A stretch of DNA of 62,589 nt from Eremomyces bilateralis CBS 781.70 (lineage: Eukaryota): the NCBI GenBank assembly GCA_010015585.1, contig ML975154.1; one strand, written 5' to 3'. Positions 48,533-61,782 of this stretch are shown piece after piece. The notes beneath the pieces were generated by a model that had not been told where the DNA came from, ran no database searches, and saw only the letters and a list, made by a program, of their open reading frames with translations. Position 1 is the stretch's first letter; every line of letters begins with the position of its first letter. A program made the position numbers and the translations under genes.

Positions 48533-49064
48533 TTAATATGGGAATTTAGCGGTTGGTTTCCGGTTCTTCCGGAGGTTGTAGTTATGGTCAGCCGGATTGC
48601 CTGATCGCATATCTGGATCCGGCTCCTATATGTTCGGGTTCCTATTAGTAGCCACATCAGGATGAGATGTCTGCAAATGGGGTTTGATGTTCGATTACAC
48701 GTACCTTGTCGATCAGCATTCTTCCCATCATCGACCGTACTTCCGTACCCATGATTGGTATTTGCAACCCCATTGATGCGTTATTTCGTTCGAGTTCACG
48801 AACTCTTTGCCGTTGTTCTTGCATCTTTTCTTCGAGCTCGCCCATTCTTTGCTGTTCTATTTGAAATTCCAGCAAACCAGCTCTCCACAGGGCTTCCTAA
48901 TCCTATAGTTTCTGGACCTTCGCTTCAAGCAGGTCCGTTTCTCCTCGGCGGCGCTCTATTTTGCCATGCATCCTCTCGGCCAAGCCTGTAAGGTTTTCAG
49001 TGCCACGCTTATGCGCCCGAAGATGCTCTTCGGCAGCCTCAGCTAAAGCGGATGAAGATGACAT
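48533..49064 (-). pseudogene. Small two-exon coiled-coil gene interrupted by two in-frame TAG codons
   Basis: ATG 49064. Exon 49064-48705 (120 codons) contains TAG 48905-48903 and TAG 48899-48897. Intron 48704-48626 (GTACGT..CTAAT..ATAG). Exon 48625-48533 reads EPDPDMRSGNPADHNYNLRKNRKPTAKFPY*. Confidence 0.55.
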
Positions 49065-49710
49065 TACGAATTTCAGTGGACAGACAAGAGTGAGGAGTTC
49101 TGCAGAAAATATGATACTGGGGTCATTAAAGTAGTTTTTTCTCCTCGTTAGATAAGTAGAGATAAACAACTGAAGATCAAAGGATCAATGTCGATGGCGA
49201 AGAGGGACACGAGTGGCTATGGAAGGAGCTGTAAACGCAAGACTTCATTGTACGACATGACAACCGTCCGAGTCGGTCGATGATCGGGTAAGTCGCACCC
49301 GTCGTCCTACAATGGCAGTTAACATGAAAACAAAACAAAAAGATTCACACGACCCATCGGGTAGACTCATCCCAGCGGATTAATGTTCATATCCGACTCT
49401 TCAGAAGCTCACAACTTGAAACAGATCTGTCATGATAGTAGTGGACACCGCCATCCTAGGAACTCCTGGCGCCATGTACACGTAGTATACCAACCAAGCA
49501 ATATCCCAGTCCCATCAAACCTGCTTCAACCAAACACCGACCAGCGAACTGCATGTATGTCTGGCGCAGTACCAGACTTCGAGCACTCAGTCACCAGCGA
49601 TAAGATAGCCAAAGCAAGCGGAACCAGGCGTCTCAACATCAAACCCCCAGGTATGTTATCTTACCAGACGCTGCGGGGGCATAACACAGAGTCGGAGCGA
49701 GAGCCGGCAG

Positions 49711-49995
49711 AGTTTCCGAAAGCCACGTCCTCAACAGCGATCGCGGATTCGGTGGCCATTATTGAATCTCCTGTGGACGGAATCATCGCCGGGAATTGCA
49801 GAAACATAGAACCAGAGCCCGAGATGCGTTAGGTATCAGAAGCCGCGTGTGTAACCAAGTTCAGCACCGAGATACCTATATGGAAATGTCTAAGTCAAGG
49901 TCCCGAAAGCCATAACCTCAATAGCTACAGTAACGGGGATGCGTCGGCCACGATTGAATTTCTTGTGAGGGTAGCCGTCGCCGGGATTGAAAGAA
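49711..49995 (-). repeat. Diverged ~95-bp direct duplication within a probable decayed gene
   Basis: 49898-49995 and 49711-49803 align (CAAT-CCCGGCGA...CACA.GA.ATTCAAT..TGGCC...GCT.TTGAGG...GGCTTTCGG). Translations PGDGYPHKKFNRGRRI versus PGDDSVHRRFNNGHRI. Confidence 0.6.
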
Positions 49996-52784
49996 TTTCA
50001 ATGTCGCTCACTGCACTGCACAATACCATTCACCGTATAATGATATCGACGAAACACCAACAAGCAAATAGAAGATAGACGGAGTGGGAACCGTAATAGG
50101 TAAGACATCTTCTAGATGACACCAGTAATTCGAGAAGCAGAAGAATATAAAGAAAATCAACTGTAACAAAAGCCGTACGAACTTGCAAAGGGCATTCTTG
50201 TGCTGGTTCGGGAGTCAACTGGGGGGGCTAAATGGTACGCAGTATAAAATCGAGTGTTCTTAATAAAGATAACGTGTAAAACTAGTCCAGAGCACCTCCT
50301 ATTCCTTGACTGATGCATCTACAATAGAAGAAATGGACAATCCTTCACCTTTATCCTCCACCCTTCCTGCATGGAATCGCACAATTTTGGAATCATCTCA
50401 TTAAAGGGGTCCAATGGGATATTTCCATCCCGAAGGGAACGAAAGACGACAAGAGCCGGAAAGCAACGATTGAGAGTTTTCGACACCGGGGAATATGCTT
50501 CAGGACCATCAAGGATCAATGCCTTCCTCTGATTGATGAGACCCAAGAAGATGAAGTTGTTGAATATCAAACAGGATGTCAATATTCTCCTGCATCTGCT
50601 GTGGAGACGATTAATTGACAGCGATTCATAGGGCACCGGAGCTAAGCGTGTGGCAGTGCTCGCAGATCTTGCCCAACACAGCCATCTATGTTCTATAGAA
50701 CAGAAGCACGCGTCGCAAATCTCAAATCGATCTATTATCGATTCAAGCACTTCAAATATTGACGACACAGGCAGTAACCGGCTGTCAATCGCGAAACAGC
50801 GCGCCAACAGCAGCAAGGGCCGAAAAATATGTATCCCCAGCCACATCATAGATCCTGTCATCCTGCAAACATGTTCTGCACGGAGCGCCAACTTCAAGGA
50901 ATTGGACGGTTTGAGAGATCGCAAATCATTTCCTGGTCTGTCTCAGTAGCGCCACGAAACCCACAAAATCTTTATGGCAGGATTAAATGTCAGATATGTC
51001 AAGTTTTAGCAGCTACGTATTATGCATGTTTTCAGCTGCGAACTAAGAACGTCCGGGCAGCGGAATAGACAGTGCCCTTGCATACATCCCTTCCTTTGGG
51101 ATGACGCCCGATGACTGATGAGGGATACTGGATACCACCGAGGATCGAGCAACGTTGATATTTAGCTGCTTGTGGGATCTTCATATTCTTAAATGATCAA
51201 GTAAGACGTACCCCGTACGACGAAGCTTATGGCAGAGCGAAGGAACCCGGCAGGAGGATGCCGTGTTACGGAGCTTGTTGCTTACTACCGGACAGAGCCG
51301 AAACTAGCATCTTCTGACATCCTATTTCCAAGCCCGCGGATCCTTTGTTATTTCGTGGTCAGTCGTTCATTCCAGAATGTCTTTCCACAACTCCGTAAGC
51401 GCCGCAGCTGTGCTCTCGTACCTCAGCACCAGTGCAGCCAGCCGTTCCAAACCCGCCATTCCAAAACAGACGTTGAGTAGTGGAACCTCCTCACAGCTGA
51501 AAAAATCATGTGCCCCTTTGTTAGAATGCTAATCCTGAGCGGTTGAATCCCTACCACCAACCTTTCTGTTGGACGTTGCCATTGCGTAAGCCTATTTTAA
51601 GAAGCGTGGCTAAGCATGTGGATTGGGGCGACCCCCCTGCCCTGCTCCTCTCACTATCGGTGGTTCATTGGATGGACTGGCAGGCGGGTACGAAACAAGT
51701 GTCTCTCCGGGCGTCGCACATAATTGGGAGACGACTTGAAACATTGAAGGGGAGTCAGGGTCATAGATTCGGTCGAAGACAAAGGAATAAACAGGGCGAC
51801 TGATGGTGGTGAGGCAGGTGGGAAGAGATGAGAGTGGGTTATTAAACTTATGGGGGATGAAGGGGAGGAATCAAGAAACGGATGTTTGAGTGGGAGTTGT
51901 TGCCTTGTTGGTCTGGTGGATGAGTTGGTGAAATTTCAGGAGGAAGCGCGCAGAGCGGAAGTGCAGATGGAGATGGAGATGAAACCCTGACACGGTTTAC
52001 ACAGCCCACTGGGCCAATAGAACCGCCAAGTTAGGGGGGCAAATGTGGAATTTACAGTATATTACAGTATATTACCGTATTGCTGCCCTGATTGGTATTA
52101 ATCCCTTCCTGTGGAGGTGCAGGGATCAAAATCTTCACCTCCTCCACCTCCACTTCAACAATTCAAAGGGGGCACTACTGCGTAGTAAACGTTCGAAACA
52201 TCCGCCATGCCGGTAATCCGTATTCTTACCTATCCGCTAATGCAAATGTGCTACAACGTTACACCATTATCCAACCAGAGCAATAGCACCATATCCAACC
52301 CTCCCTACCCATCCCAGCTCACGTTCGTTGCTTTTCGCATTGCTTAGTGCCCATCCCATCACCAGCATCCGAACCCATCGAGCCGGCGGGCAACACTAAC
52401 CTCCAAAGATCGCGTGTAACAAGAAACACCCCCTGTTGGCCCTGTACCGCTTTGTGTCTTTGGTGTCTTGGGCTCTTTCCGCGCATCCACTTGGTTTTAT
52501 CCGTCATCATCCCCTCCAGGAAACTCGGCCATCGATCTTTCCTCATTACCGTAACCTTTCCCAAGCGTTACCTGAACCTCCTCCTGTCCTCCCCTGAATT
52601 TCGGATAGCACGTTCTTATTCTCGCTCCGTCCATCGTTGCGGGTTTGGCCATCATCATCACGTTCGTTTCTTCATCACCGACGGTGTTAACGACCCGTCT
52701 ACCCCCTTCAACACCGCGCGTCTGCTGGCAGAACTCCGGAATCGATACTTCAAACTACAATCCACCCCCCCATCCTCCTCAAAC

Positions 52785-55700
52785 ATGGCATACAGGGGTC
52801 AAGGCCAACCGGGCTACGACGCACATGGTAATAATGTACGTGTATCTCCCTCGCGGATGAAATTGGTGAACCCACAGTTCCCCTATTTTCTATTCAACGA
52901 CCCTTCAATCTTCATACACCATCGATCCTCAGAAACGCCCTCCTCTCGGACCACGTCCGCTGATGTCCTTCCCACAGCAATACCCGCCGCCTCATAATCG
53001 CCACGACTCCTCCGAGGGCGAAGACGAGCAGTCGCTCCTCCACCGCGATCCCACCGGCATGCGTTCCCACAACATCCCTCCTCAAGATCCCACCTACCGC
53101 CTGCAAACCACCACCCCCTCCGAGCGCCCGACCTCCGCTTACTCCCTCACCGAGACTTACGCCGACAGCGCCTACACCCACACCACCACCCCGCCCGTTC
53201 CGTTCAACGAGCAATATGGCGTCGGCAGCCCAGGCACTCCCCCGGTCCCACCGTATGCGGGAGACCCGTACAACCGCAACGAGACCGCAAGCGTGGAGGC
53301 GTTTCGGCAGCGGCAGCAACCGCCGAAAGCGTCCGGAGGGTTGCAGCGGAACGCGACGAGGAAGGTCAAGTTGGTGCAGGGGGCGGTGTTGAGTGCGGAT
53401 TACCCCGTGCCCAGCGCGATTCAGAATGCGATCCAAGCGAAGTATCGGAACGATTTGGAGATTGGGAGCGAGGAGTTTACGCATTTGAGATGTACGTGCA
53501 CCCCGTGAAAACCATGATGAGGAGGCGATGGGATCGTAGAAGGGACAGACAGGTGGCGTGGTGGACGAGAATGCTGGCTAACATCGGGTTGAATAGACAC
53601 TGCAGCGACTTGTGATCCCAGCGAGTTCACGCTGAAGAATGGGTATAATCTTCGAGCGAACATGTATAACCGACACACCGAGTTGCTGATCGCCATCACC
53701 TACTACAACGAAGACAAGACCCTCACCGCGCGAACCCTGCACGGTGCGATGCAGAACATTCGAGATATTGTCAACCTGAAGAAATCCGAATTCTGGAACA
53801 AGGGTGGTCCGGCATGGCAAAAGATCGTAGTGTGCTTGGTTTTCGATGGAATCGACCCGTGTGACCAGGGCACATTAGATATCCTTGCCACCATTGGTAT
53901 TTATCAGGATGGTATCATGAAGAGGGATATTGACGGACGTGAGACGGTTGCGCACATTGTAAGGAACTTATTTGAGGACACGGTTCGGGATGCTGACGCA
54001 AATCCAGTTCGAATACACCACCCAGCTCTCCGTCACCGCCAACCAGCAACTCATTCGACCACACGACGACAGCGCTAGCACGCTTCCTCCGGTCCAGATG
54101 ATGTTCTGCTTGAAACAAAAGAACAGCAAGAAGATCAATTCCCATCGCTGGCTCTTCACCGCATTCGGCCGCATTCTCAATCCGGAAATCTGCATCCTCC
54201 TCGACGCTGGTACCAAACCCGGCACCAAGTCCCTCCTGGCCCTCTGGGAAGCCTTCTACAACGACAAGGACCTCGGCGGCGCATGCGGAGAAATCCACGC
54301 CATGTTGGGTCGCGGCTGGCGCAACCTGGTCAACCCGCTGGTGGCTGCCCAGAACTTCGAGTACAAGATCTCGAACATCCTCGACAAGCCGCTCGAGTCG
54401 TCGTTCGGCTACGTCAGCGTGCTGCCCGGCGCCTTCTCCGCGTACCGGTACCGCGCCATCATGGGCCGTCCGCTGGATCAATACTTCCACGGCGACCACA
54501 CGCTCTCGAAGATCTTAGGGAAGAAGGGGATCGAGGGCATGGGTATCTTCAAGAAGAACATGTTCTTGGCTGAGGATCGGATCCTGTGCTTCGAGCTGGT
54601 GGCCAAGGCGGGGTCGAAGTGGCATCTTTCGTACGTCAAGGCCTCGAAGGGTGAGACGGATGTGCCTGAAGGTGCGGCGGAGTTCATCGGACAGCGACGT
54701 CGTTGGTTGAACGGATCGTTCGCGGCGAGCATTTACTCGCTCATGCACTTTGGCCGGATGTACAAGTCGGGCCATAATCTGATCCGCATGATTTTCTTGC
54801 ACATCCAGCTTCTTTACAATATCGTCTCGGTCATTCTCTCCTGGTTCATGCTTGGTAAGTTTTTCTCCCAGGGGTTGATTTCGACATGTACTGATTGAGT
54901 CGCAGCATCCTACTGGCTCACCACCGCGGTCATCATGGACCTCGTCGGCACTCCCTCGGACAATAACCAACAGCAAGCCTGGCCGTTCGGCAACACCGTC
55001 ACGCCCATCTTCAACACGGTCCTCAAGTACATCTATCTCGCCTTCGTCCTGCAACAGTTCATCCTCGCGCTCGGCAACCGTCCCAAAGGCTCCCGCATCT
55101 CCTACATGATCTCCTTCGTCGTCTTCGCTCTCATCCAGCTCTACATCATCGTCCTCTCCATCTTCCTCGTCGTGCGCGCTCTCACCAAGTCCAAAGCCCC
55201 CGAAATGGACGATCTCGGCTCCTTCTTCTCCCAAGACTCCGCTGGCGTCATCCTAATCGCCCTCGCCGCCACCTTTGGCCTCTGGTTCCTCGCCAGCTTC
55301 CTTTACCTCGACCCCTGGCACATGTTCACCTCCTTCCCGCAGGCCATGCTGCTCATGCCCTCGTACGTCAACATCCTCAACGTCTACGCCTTTTCCAATT
55401 GGCACGACGTTTCCTGGGGTACCAAGGGCGCCGACAAGGCCGACGCCCTCCCCTCCGCGAAAACCGAGAAGGGCGGCGACGGGAAGCATCAAATCATCGA
55501 GGAAATCGACCTGCCGCAGGCCGACATCGACAGTCAGTTCGAGGCGACCGTCAAGCGCGCCCTCGCACCGTATGTGGCGCCCCCAGAGGACACGGAGAAG
55601 ACGCTCGAGGACGGGTACAAGAGCTTCCGCACGAAGTTGGTGACGATATGGATTTTCTCGAACGCGACGTTAGCCGTGGTGATCATGAGCGACAACTTCG

Positions 55701-55931
55701 ACAAGTTCGGGTTTACGGTATGTTTTTTGCTTCCGTCCTATTCCATCCCCACTGGGGTGGTTCGATGGCTCGTATACTAATGACTGCCAATAGTCCGGTG
55801 CCTCCCAACGTACCGCCCGCTTCTTCCAGGCGCTGCTCTGGGCCACCGCTGGCCTGTCGATCATTCGCTTTATCGGATGCATAGTCTTCTTGAGCAAGAC
55901 CGGGTTGATGTGCTGCTTTGCTCGGCGTTAA
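52785..55931 (+). CDS. Chitin synthase, class III (ChsB-like)
   Basis: Exons 52785-52835, 52978-53491, 53597-53958, 54008-54854, 54906-55717, 55794-55931. Motifs [67 protein letters not shown]-terminal CCFARR. Confidence 0.96.
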
Positions 55932-56619
55932 ATCCGCGGAATCTAACGTCGAACGCCCATCTGCGGTCATCTCCATACGTTTTGCCAGTTCGTACCCGTT
56001 GTGGTTTCCGAGTCGCCAGATCATATACCTCTCAGCGAGGGATATACCTCCCGAATGGCGTTGTTTTTACATAGTGTTTTTCGGATCTTCATATTTGTTT
56101 GTGGAATGAGGAGGATAAGGAAAATGTATGGTTAGTAGGGACTTAAAACAGATCAATTACACGTATCTTATAGCTCTGAAGACTCCCCTTCTTGAACTTC
56201 GTCGTCGATCCGTAGAACTATCAGTGAACGGATATTCGGCCTGTGCCTTCAAAGGGAAAATTGGAAATAAAGAGATATTCTGGGCTTACCATCGGGTTCC
56301 ACCATGCCCCTCTGTGCTATCTAGACCCACTCGCTCCTATTCCAAATCACCCCAAATATACAAGATCCATACCGACCTTGGTACAACTCATCAATCGCGC
56401 GTCTCTGAGTTCTATCACAACCCTCATGTGGGCCTCCGTGCTGCTCGATCGCTATGAAATCGTAATCGAAGTCCAGAAGTCCAGCGATACCTACATCCAG
56501 TTATCGGTCAACAAAGGCATAGTTCTTGGTGATGACGTTGCCTCCGTAGTAGGTTCGACGCCGCGCTTTCTTTGACCGGATTAAGCTTTGGCGAGGTAGA
56601 CATTATCAGTGCCTCAACC

Positions 56620-57325
56620 TCATCCCCGAGGTTGTTAGGGGCGGTAAAACAAAGACGGTGGTTATCGTAGTCCGCGTTATTATAGAGCGTCTTGATGATT
56701 CACGACTGGGTTGTTGATGAAGTAAAAGTGAGATACATTGCGAAAGTTGTCGACAATGGGTTGGGAGTTATCGTGGTCAGTGTCCCTAATGGCCATAGTG
56801 GAAGTATGAATTGGCAAGGGCATGTGCGTATACCGCTGGATCCACTGATTTCCAAATAGCCGGATGGATGTAGACATCGCCACCGGCTTCGTTTCCTGGC
56901 GGGTTGCCATCTGATCCAGTGCAGCTGTTGTACACTGCACAGTGACCTGACGATGATCCGCAGTAAGCTAGATGCATTAACAGCCACCAAAGGGACCATT
57001 GTCATTGCATATTGTCCCGTTGAATTGTGTCCCGAATTGACTATGGTCTCGTGGGGAAATATGTCTGGAGTACTTCCACGGTGACGGATGAGCCTTCGCC
57101 GCCCCCCAAGTTGTGCCAGGGAAATCTTAACTTCCAACGCCGGAGTCAAAGCAAATGTTCCATATCTAAAGCCATCGGGTTAAAACAGTTTAGATGTACT
57201 AGTACAATTTCCATGCCATGGTCCGCCCAAGTATCGGCTGGTGGCATAGGATAGCTTGCGAGCTAGAGATTTTTCATCGTCGTATCCAATCCACCAGTCA
57301 TCCTAAGTCATCTACAGCATCATTG
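56620..57325 (-). pseudogene. Decayed GH18 chitinase (subgroup C-like) fragment with CBM18/hevein module
   Basis: Reads MML*MT*DDWWIGYDDEKSLARKLSYATSRYLGG/(frameshift)MAW (end of the GH18 barrel), then GTQFNGTICNDNGPFGGC*.../AYCGSSSGHC (CBM18), then VYIHPAIW.../PCQFILPLWPLGTLTTI and TTITTVFVLPPLTT. Multiple stops and frameshifts. Confidence 0.7.
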
Positions 57326-58140
57326 GGTCTCCATAAGTTAGCACGTCAAGAGATCATACTTCTTGCGTTTGAACACAGCGGCGAGGAAGCAGACGGATGG
57401 TAAGAGAGGTAGCTCGAAGCCCATTCCGGGTGGCATGAGTGCATGATACTCAAGAAAGCGTGCAAGTCCAGAACTAAATGCTGATAGAGAACCCGAAGTG
57501 TTGCATTCGACCGTGTCTTACAAACCGTAAGGCACGGAAGATCCGATGCCATGTCATGAAAATCGCAGCTTTCAGTGAAAATCTAGAGGACATCGTACGG
57601 TAAGACTACCATTTTAATGTTTAAACTACAAGAATTTCAACAAGTCTCAAAAGAACAAAGACAGAATCTTTAGGCGGTATTCAGCTGCATAGTAGATGGG
57701 TGAAGGATGCGGAAAAGGTTGTTGGGATGGAGCTGCAGTCTGGGCAAACATATGCCCCTGTGCGGCGAAGTCATGCCGCGCGACAGTCTCGGACAAAGAT
57801 TAAGATGCTCTTGATCTCTTTGAGATGGTGGTTGCTTGCGAGGATTCATTCAAAAATAACTAGCTGACTTAGTTACTTGTCTGATATTCCTTGCGTCTTG
57901 AACTCTTGATTGTTAAAAATGCATAGAGTTGACAGGGTAGATGATGTCTCCACTACTCCTCCACTAATTACTGCTACAGCTATACCGTACCGCACTGCGA
58001 TACAGGGTAAGGCATCGACTTTCGCTCCCCACCAGACAGCACTTCGTTCCCTTCAAGTCCTCGAGGATATAAGGTACCTGTAAATGCATGCCATCGTCGA
58101 TTAGCATCATGAATTGCCTCCAGTATTTGAATTGATCACC

Positions 58141-59141
58141 ATGGCCCAAAATAGCCCTGCAACGCAACCGCCAACCCACCTCATCATCCTCTGCTGCCAC
58201 GCTATCTTCAACCCCTCCCTCCCACACGCAGACCCGTATAACGCCGACCACTGGCATCTCGCCCCTTTCCAGAAACCCGCCGAACATCTGACGTTCTGCC
58301 AGCACTTGCTTGTCTCTCTCTTCCATCTTGACTTGCTCAACCGCGCTTCCCCAGGCAGTACTGCGCTCGTCATCTCTGGCGGGCGGACGAGGCGGTCAGA
58401 AGGCCTGCGGGGAAGTGAGGCGAGGGGTTATTGGGCGGTTGCGGAGAGGCTGGGGTGGTTGGATGGGAGGGGGGAGCTGGTGGCTTCAACGGAGAGCGGG
58501 GATGGTGGAGATGTGAAGGTGGTGGGCGGTTTGGGGGAGAAACGAGGCGTTAAAGTCATGCCAATGCTAGAAGAACTGGCGACAGATAGTTATCAGAACC
58601 TGTTGTTTTCGATCTTAATATTCATGAGACAGTTTGGGAACCCACCTGAAGCCATCACTGTAATTACTCACGCGTTCAAGGAGCAGCGGTTCTTGGTACG
58701 TCCGAACTCGTTCTTGTGCTTCTGAGATGAATCCATCTAAGGCTGATCTAATCGACCGTCATCGGAAATAGAAATACCACGGTCCAGCCATCCAATGGCC
58801 TCAGGGTCGACTCAACGTCATCGGGGTAAATCCGCCTCAAACTGGTAAGTGTGGCATGTGTCCTTGAATTTTGCAGTCCCTAACAGTCTCCAGCAAGCCA
58901 ACATGACTTTAACCAACGGGGAGAGCTTGAGAATGGCTTAAGTCGATGGGAGCAGGATTTGTATGGCTCGGGAGACGTGCTGGCGTCAAAGAGAGCGCAG
59001 CGAGGGTGGGATGCAGAAGCATTGAAGGAAGTGGAGAGTTTGGTGGATGATCCGAGAGTCGGTGGGCTGCTGCATTGGGATGGGGGACGTGATGGTAAGG
59101 AGATCTACAGCGAAGTGCTGCCTTGGTCGGAGGATAGGTAG
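58141..59141 (+). CDS. DUF218-like conserved fungal protein (YOR238W-like)
   Basis: Exons 58141-58695, 58772-58844, 58894-59141 join in frame. Motifs HLIILCCHAIF, ISGGRT, SEARGY, EELATDSYQNLLFSI, ITVITHAFKEQRFL, DLYG, LPW. Confidence 0.8.
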
Positions 59142-60407
59142 TGCATGGCTCTTTGCGCACTCGAATGCGGTCTCATGGCGATCTTGGGCGCTGAGATGAC
59201 TGCGTTTGCTCCGAAGTACGGAGCGTAGTTAGCTGGTGCCGGGTTAGAATGATATAGGTATCATCACTACGAAGGTGGAAGGGTATGGGTACCTTGTTGA
59301 GATCTGTTTACCTTCACGGACCCGGAAGGAATACAAGATTGGCAGAACTAGGATCGCTAGGCCAAAGAGAGGAAGCATCCAGCGAAAATATAGCTGCCGA
59401 TAACTTTCATCGGGGCAAACAATCACTTGAGAAGTCACGCAAGATTCACAAAGGACACCATGATGGAAGCTCAGAACTTCGTTATTCATTGATTCTATCG
59501 ACATTCCCATCGAAGTCGTTCCTGTGTCGTGACCCATTTTAGTTGATTTCCGCGAGAAGCAAGGCAAGGCATAGCGAATCGCAAGGGGAGAACAAAGCGC
59601 ATTACTCAAGTAAGCTAAGTTGCGAAGTGACCCATTCCACCCGTGTCTGAGAGCCATCGTCCGTTGTCTCGTAGACGTCAATCCTCCTGCCGCTTCTGAA
59701 CCTGGTGTTGTGAACTTCGTATGGTTATGAAAAGAAAGACAAAGGGGAGTGTTGCTCTGAACCGTTGCTGGGAATCCGTGTGTGCGATGAAAGAAAAGGA
59801 AAACGTCGACGGTAGCGTCGTCTCTTACGTCTTGGAGGGGTATTGGTGTAAGTGATGTTATGGTTTACTGCAAAAAGGCAGTTTCGGGATCAGTTCCCCA
59901 AGACGATATAGAGACGTTCATGGTGTGCGATGGTGAATGATTCTCGCAACCTTCAATGTTCGGTAGGCCGGATTCAGGTATTTGATCCATCAGTGTGGGA
60001 AGAATCCGTCAACTCGGAAGAGCAGTTATCCAGCGGCGAGCAAAAAGCGAATGGAAAGCAAACCGGGCCGAGAAGCAAAAAAATCAAATGCGCGGAGTGG
60101 ATGTGAAGCGCGCCGTGTAGTTTCAGAAAACCACTTCCGATTCTGTGAAAAGGAAAAATCTCGCCGAGAGAATTGTGTTGGGGGAAGTGGTGTTGCTCGG
60201 GATTTTGGGTAGGTAGGGTTCGACCTTGGGGATTCCGGGGGCGTAGTGATGTTGTGAATTCTGGAGGGTGATGTGCCGCGCTGACCGAGTCGAGCTGCTG
60301 ATCGCCGCATGAGGATTCTGGTGAAGAAGTTCGAGTCTATTCCATCATGAGGCCACCGCTGTGACATGAGATGACCTAGGGTTATGCGGCGATGAGCTCG
60401 TCACCGC

Positions 60408-61671
60408 TCACCACGCTGTGCCCTGTCGAGAACCGTGCTGACTGAACGAAGGCTCCTTTCCAATGCCGAGGCCGCGGAGGTGCTTCTGGACGTCCTCCAG
60501 GTCGTTGTCCGCGCTCTGGTTCGTATGCTGGGACTGGGGGTACCCGTACGACGCTGAGCTTGGGAAACTCCCGAACGCGATACGTCCCCCCAACCCAGGA
60601 GATTGTTGACCGGCGGGAGCGAACGAGGCGGCGGCGGGAGCGAACGAAGGGACGGCATGGCTGTGTCCGGCAGGCATGTAGGGAGACGACGGCCCGGTAT
60701 TGGCAGGGTGGACCGTGGAACTCTGGCCGTTCGCATACCCAGCGTAGTTCTGGTATTGGCCGAAGGACATGGCCGGCGGCGCATAAGGGCCGTAGAACGG
60801 CCCCGCGCCCGGCGTGTCGAAGGCCTGATGAAAGAACGCTGGATAGTTGTGGAAGCGCACTGCTTCCTCTTCCACCCGGCGCTTTTCATCAGCCAAACCA
60901 CGATGCGCCCTCTCTATAGACGAAAAGTTAGCTGATGATCATAATGGAAAAACAAGTATGATATGTATAGAAGAGATATTTGGCAGAAGCAGTTTACATT
61001 TTTGGGAAAAGGCATTACAGAATGAAAAGTTAATCACCCTGCCGACCATGTTCGGCAAAGGCGTTGCTTGCCAGGAAGTGAAACGTGTTTTGGTGCGCTT
61101 GAGCGCAGATGAAATGTAGGAAGACGGAGCAGACCCGGTGAAGGTTGTGTGAACACAAGTACAAGTTCTGAGCAAGAAACTGAGCGAACTATGGTGAAAC
61201 CAAGCTAGATGAAGTCCATGGGAGGGGATGGGAAGTGAGTCGAGGATAGGTGATGAGGACGTTGAAGAGAAAAAGAAGCAGAGAATGCTTTGATGTTTGC
61301 AAGAGAGAAATACTGTTGCTCCAGGAAAGTGGGAAAGTGGGAAAGTGGAAAGGAATTTAGGTACGGAGCAACACAAAAATTGGCGAACAAGAGTTTGCGA
61401 AAGGCAGCAAGTTAGAAGAAAGACATCGGAAGGAAAGAAGAATACGGACCGCTGGGTCGAGGACCAGCTGAAAGAAATCATTTAGTACCAAGCATGAAAG
61501 GAAACTGATTGGAAGACTTGACACTTACGCTCAGCCATGATGGCAAATGATGCCGGGTTGATCGCCGACATCCAGATGCGAGTCTTGAAGGCTCGGAACA
61601 ATGCGTTCACCAGCGTGTTGAAGTCTATGTACTTCTCCGCGAAGTAATAGAATGTGAGTTTTCTATAATCA
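60408..61671 (-). CDS. PSP1 C-terminal-domain protein, 3' exons only
   Basis: Exon 61671-61529 reads DYRKLTFYYFAEKYIDFNTLVNALFRAFKTRIWMSAINPASF (PSP1 C-terminal signature) and ends at a GTAAGT donor. A possible 18-nt micro-exon lies at 61467-61450. The terminal exon 60913-60408 (GCTAAC branch, TAG acceptor) joins in phase. Upstream exons were not found in the window. Confidence 0.8.
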
Positions 61672-61782
61672 CTATATTGATATAGTCGTTAATATAAAAT
61701 CAATCCAAAAGGTTGAATTCTAATGGACTGTGGATGGTGAGGAGGGGAGGATGCTATATACTAAAAAGGGAGGTGAGGAAGG

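Noticed and set aside
50319..50949. 201-aa minus ORF and a start-less plus-strand exon-like frame
   Set aside because: No motif and no supported gene model.
52052..52080. Near-triple 10-bp repeat TTACAGTATA upstream of chitin synthase
   Set aside because: Too short to distinguish a regulatory element from slippage.
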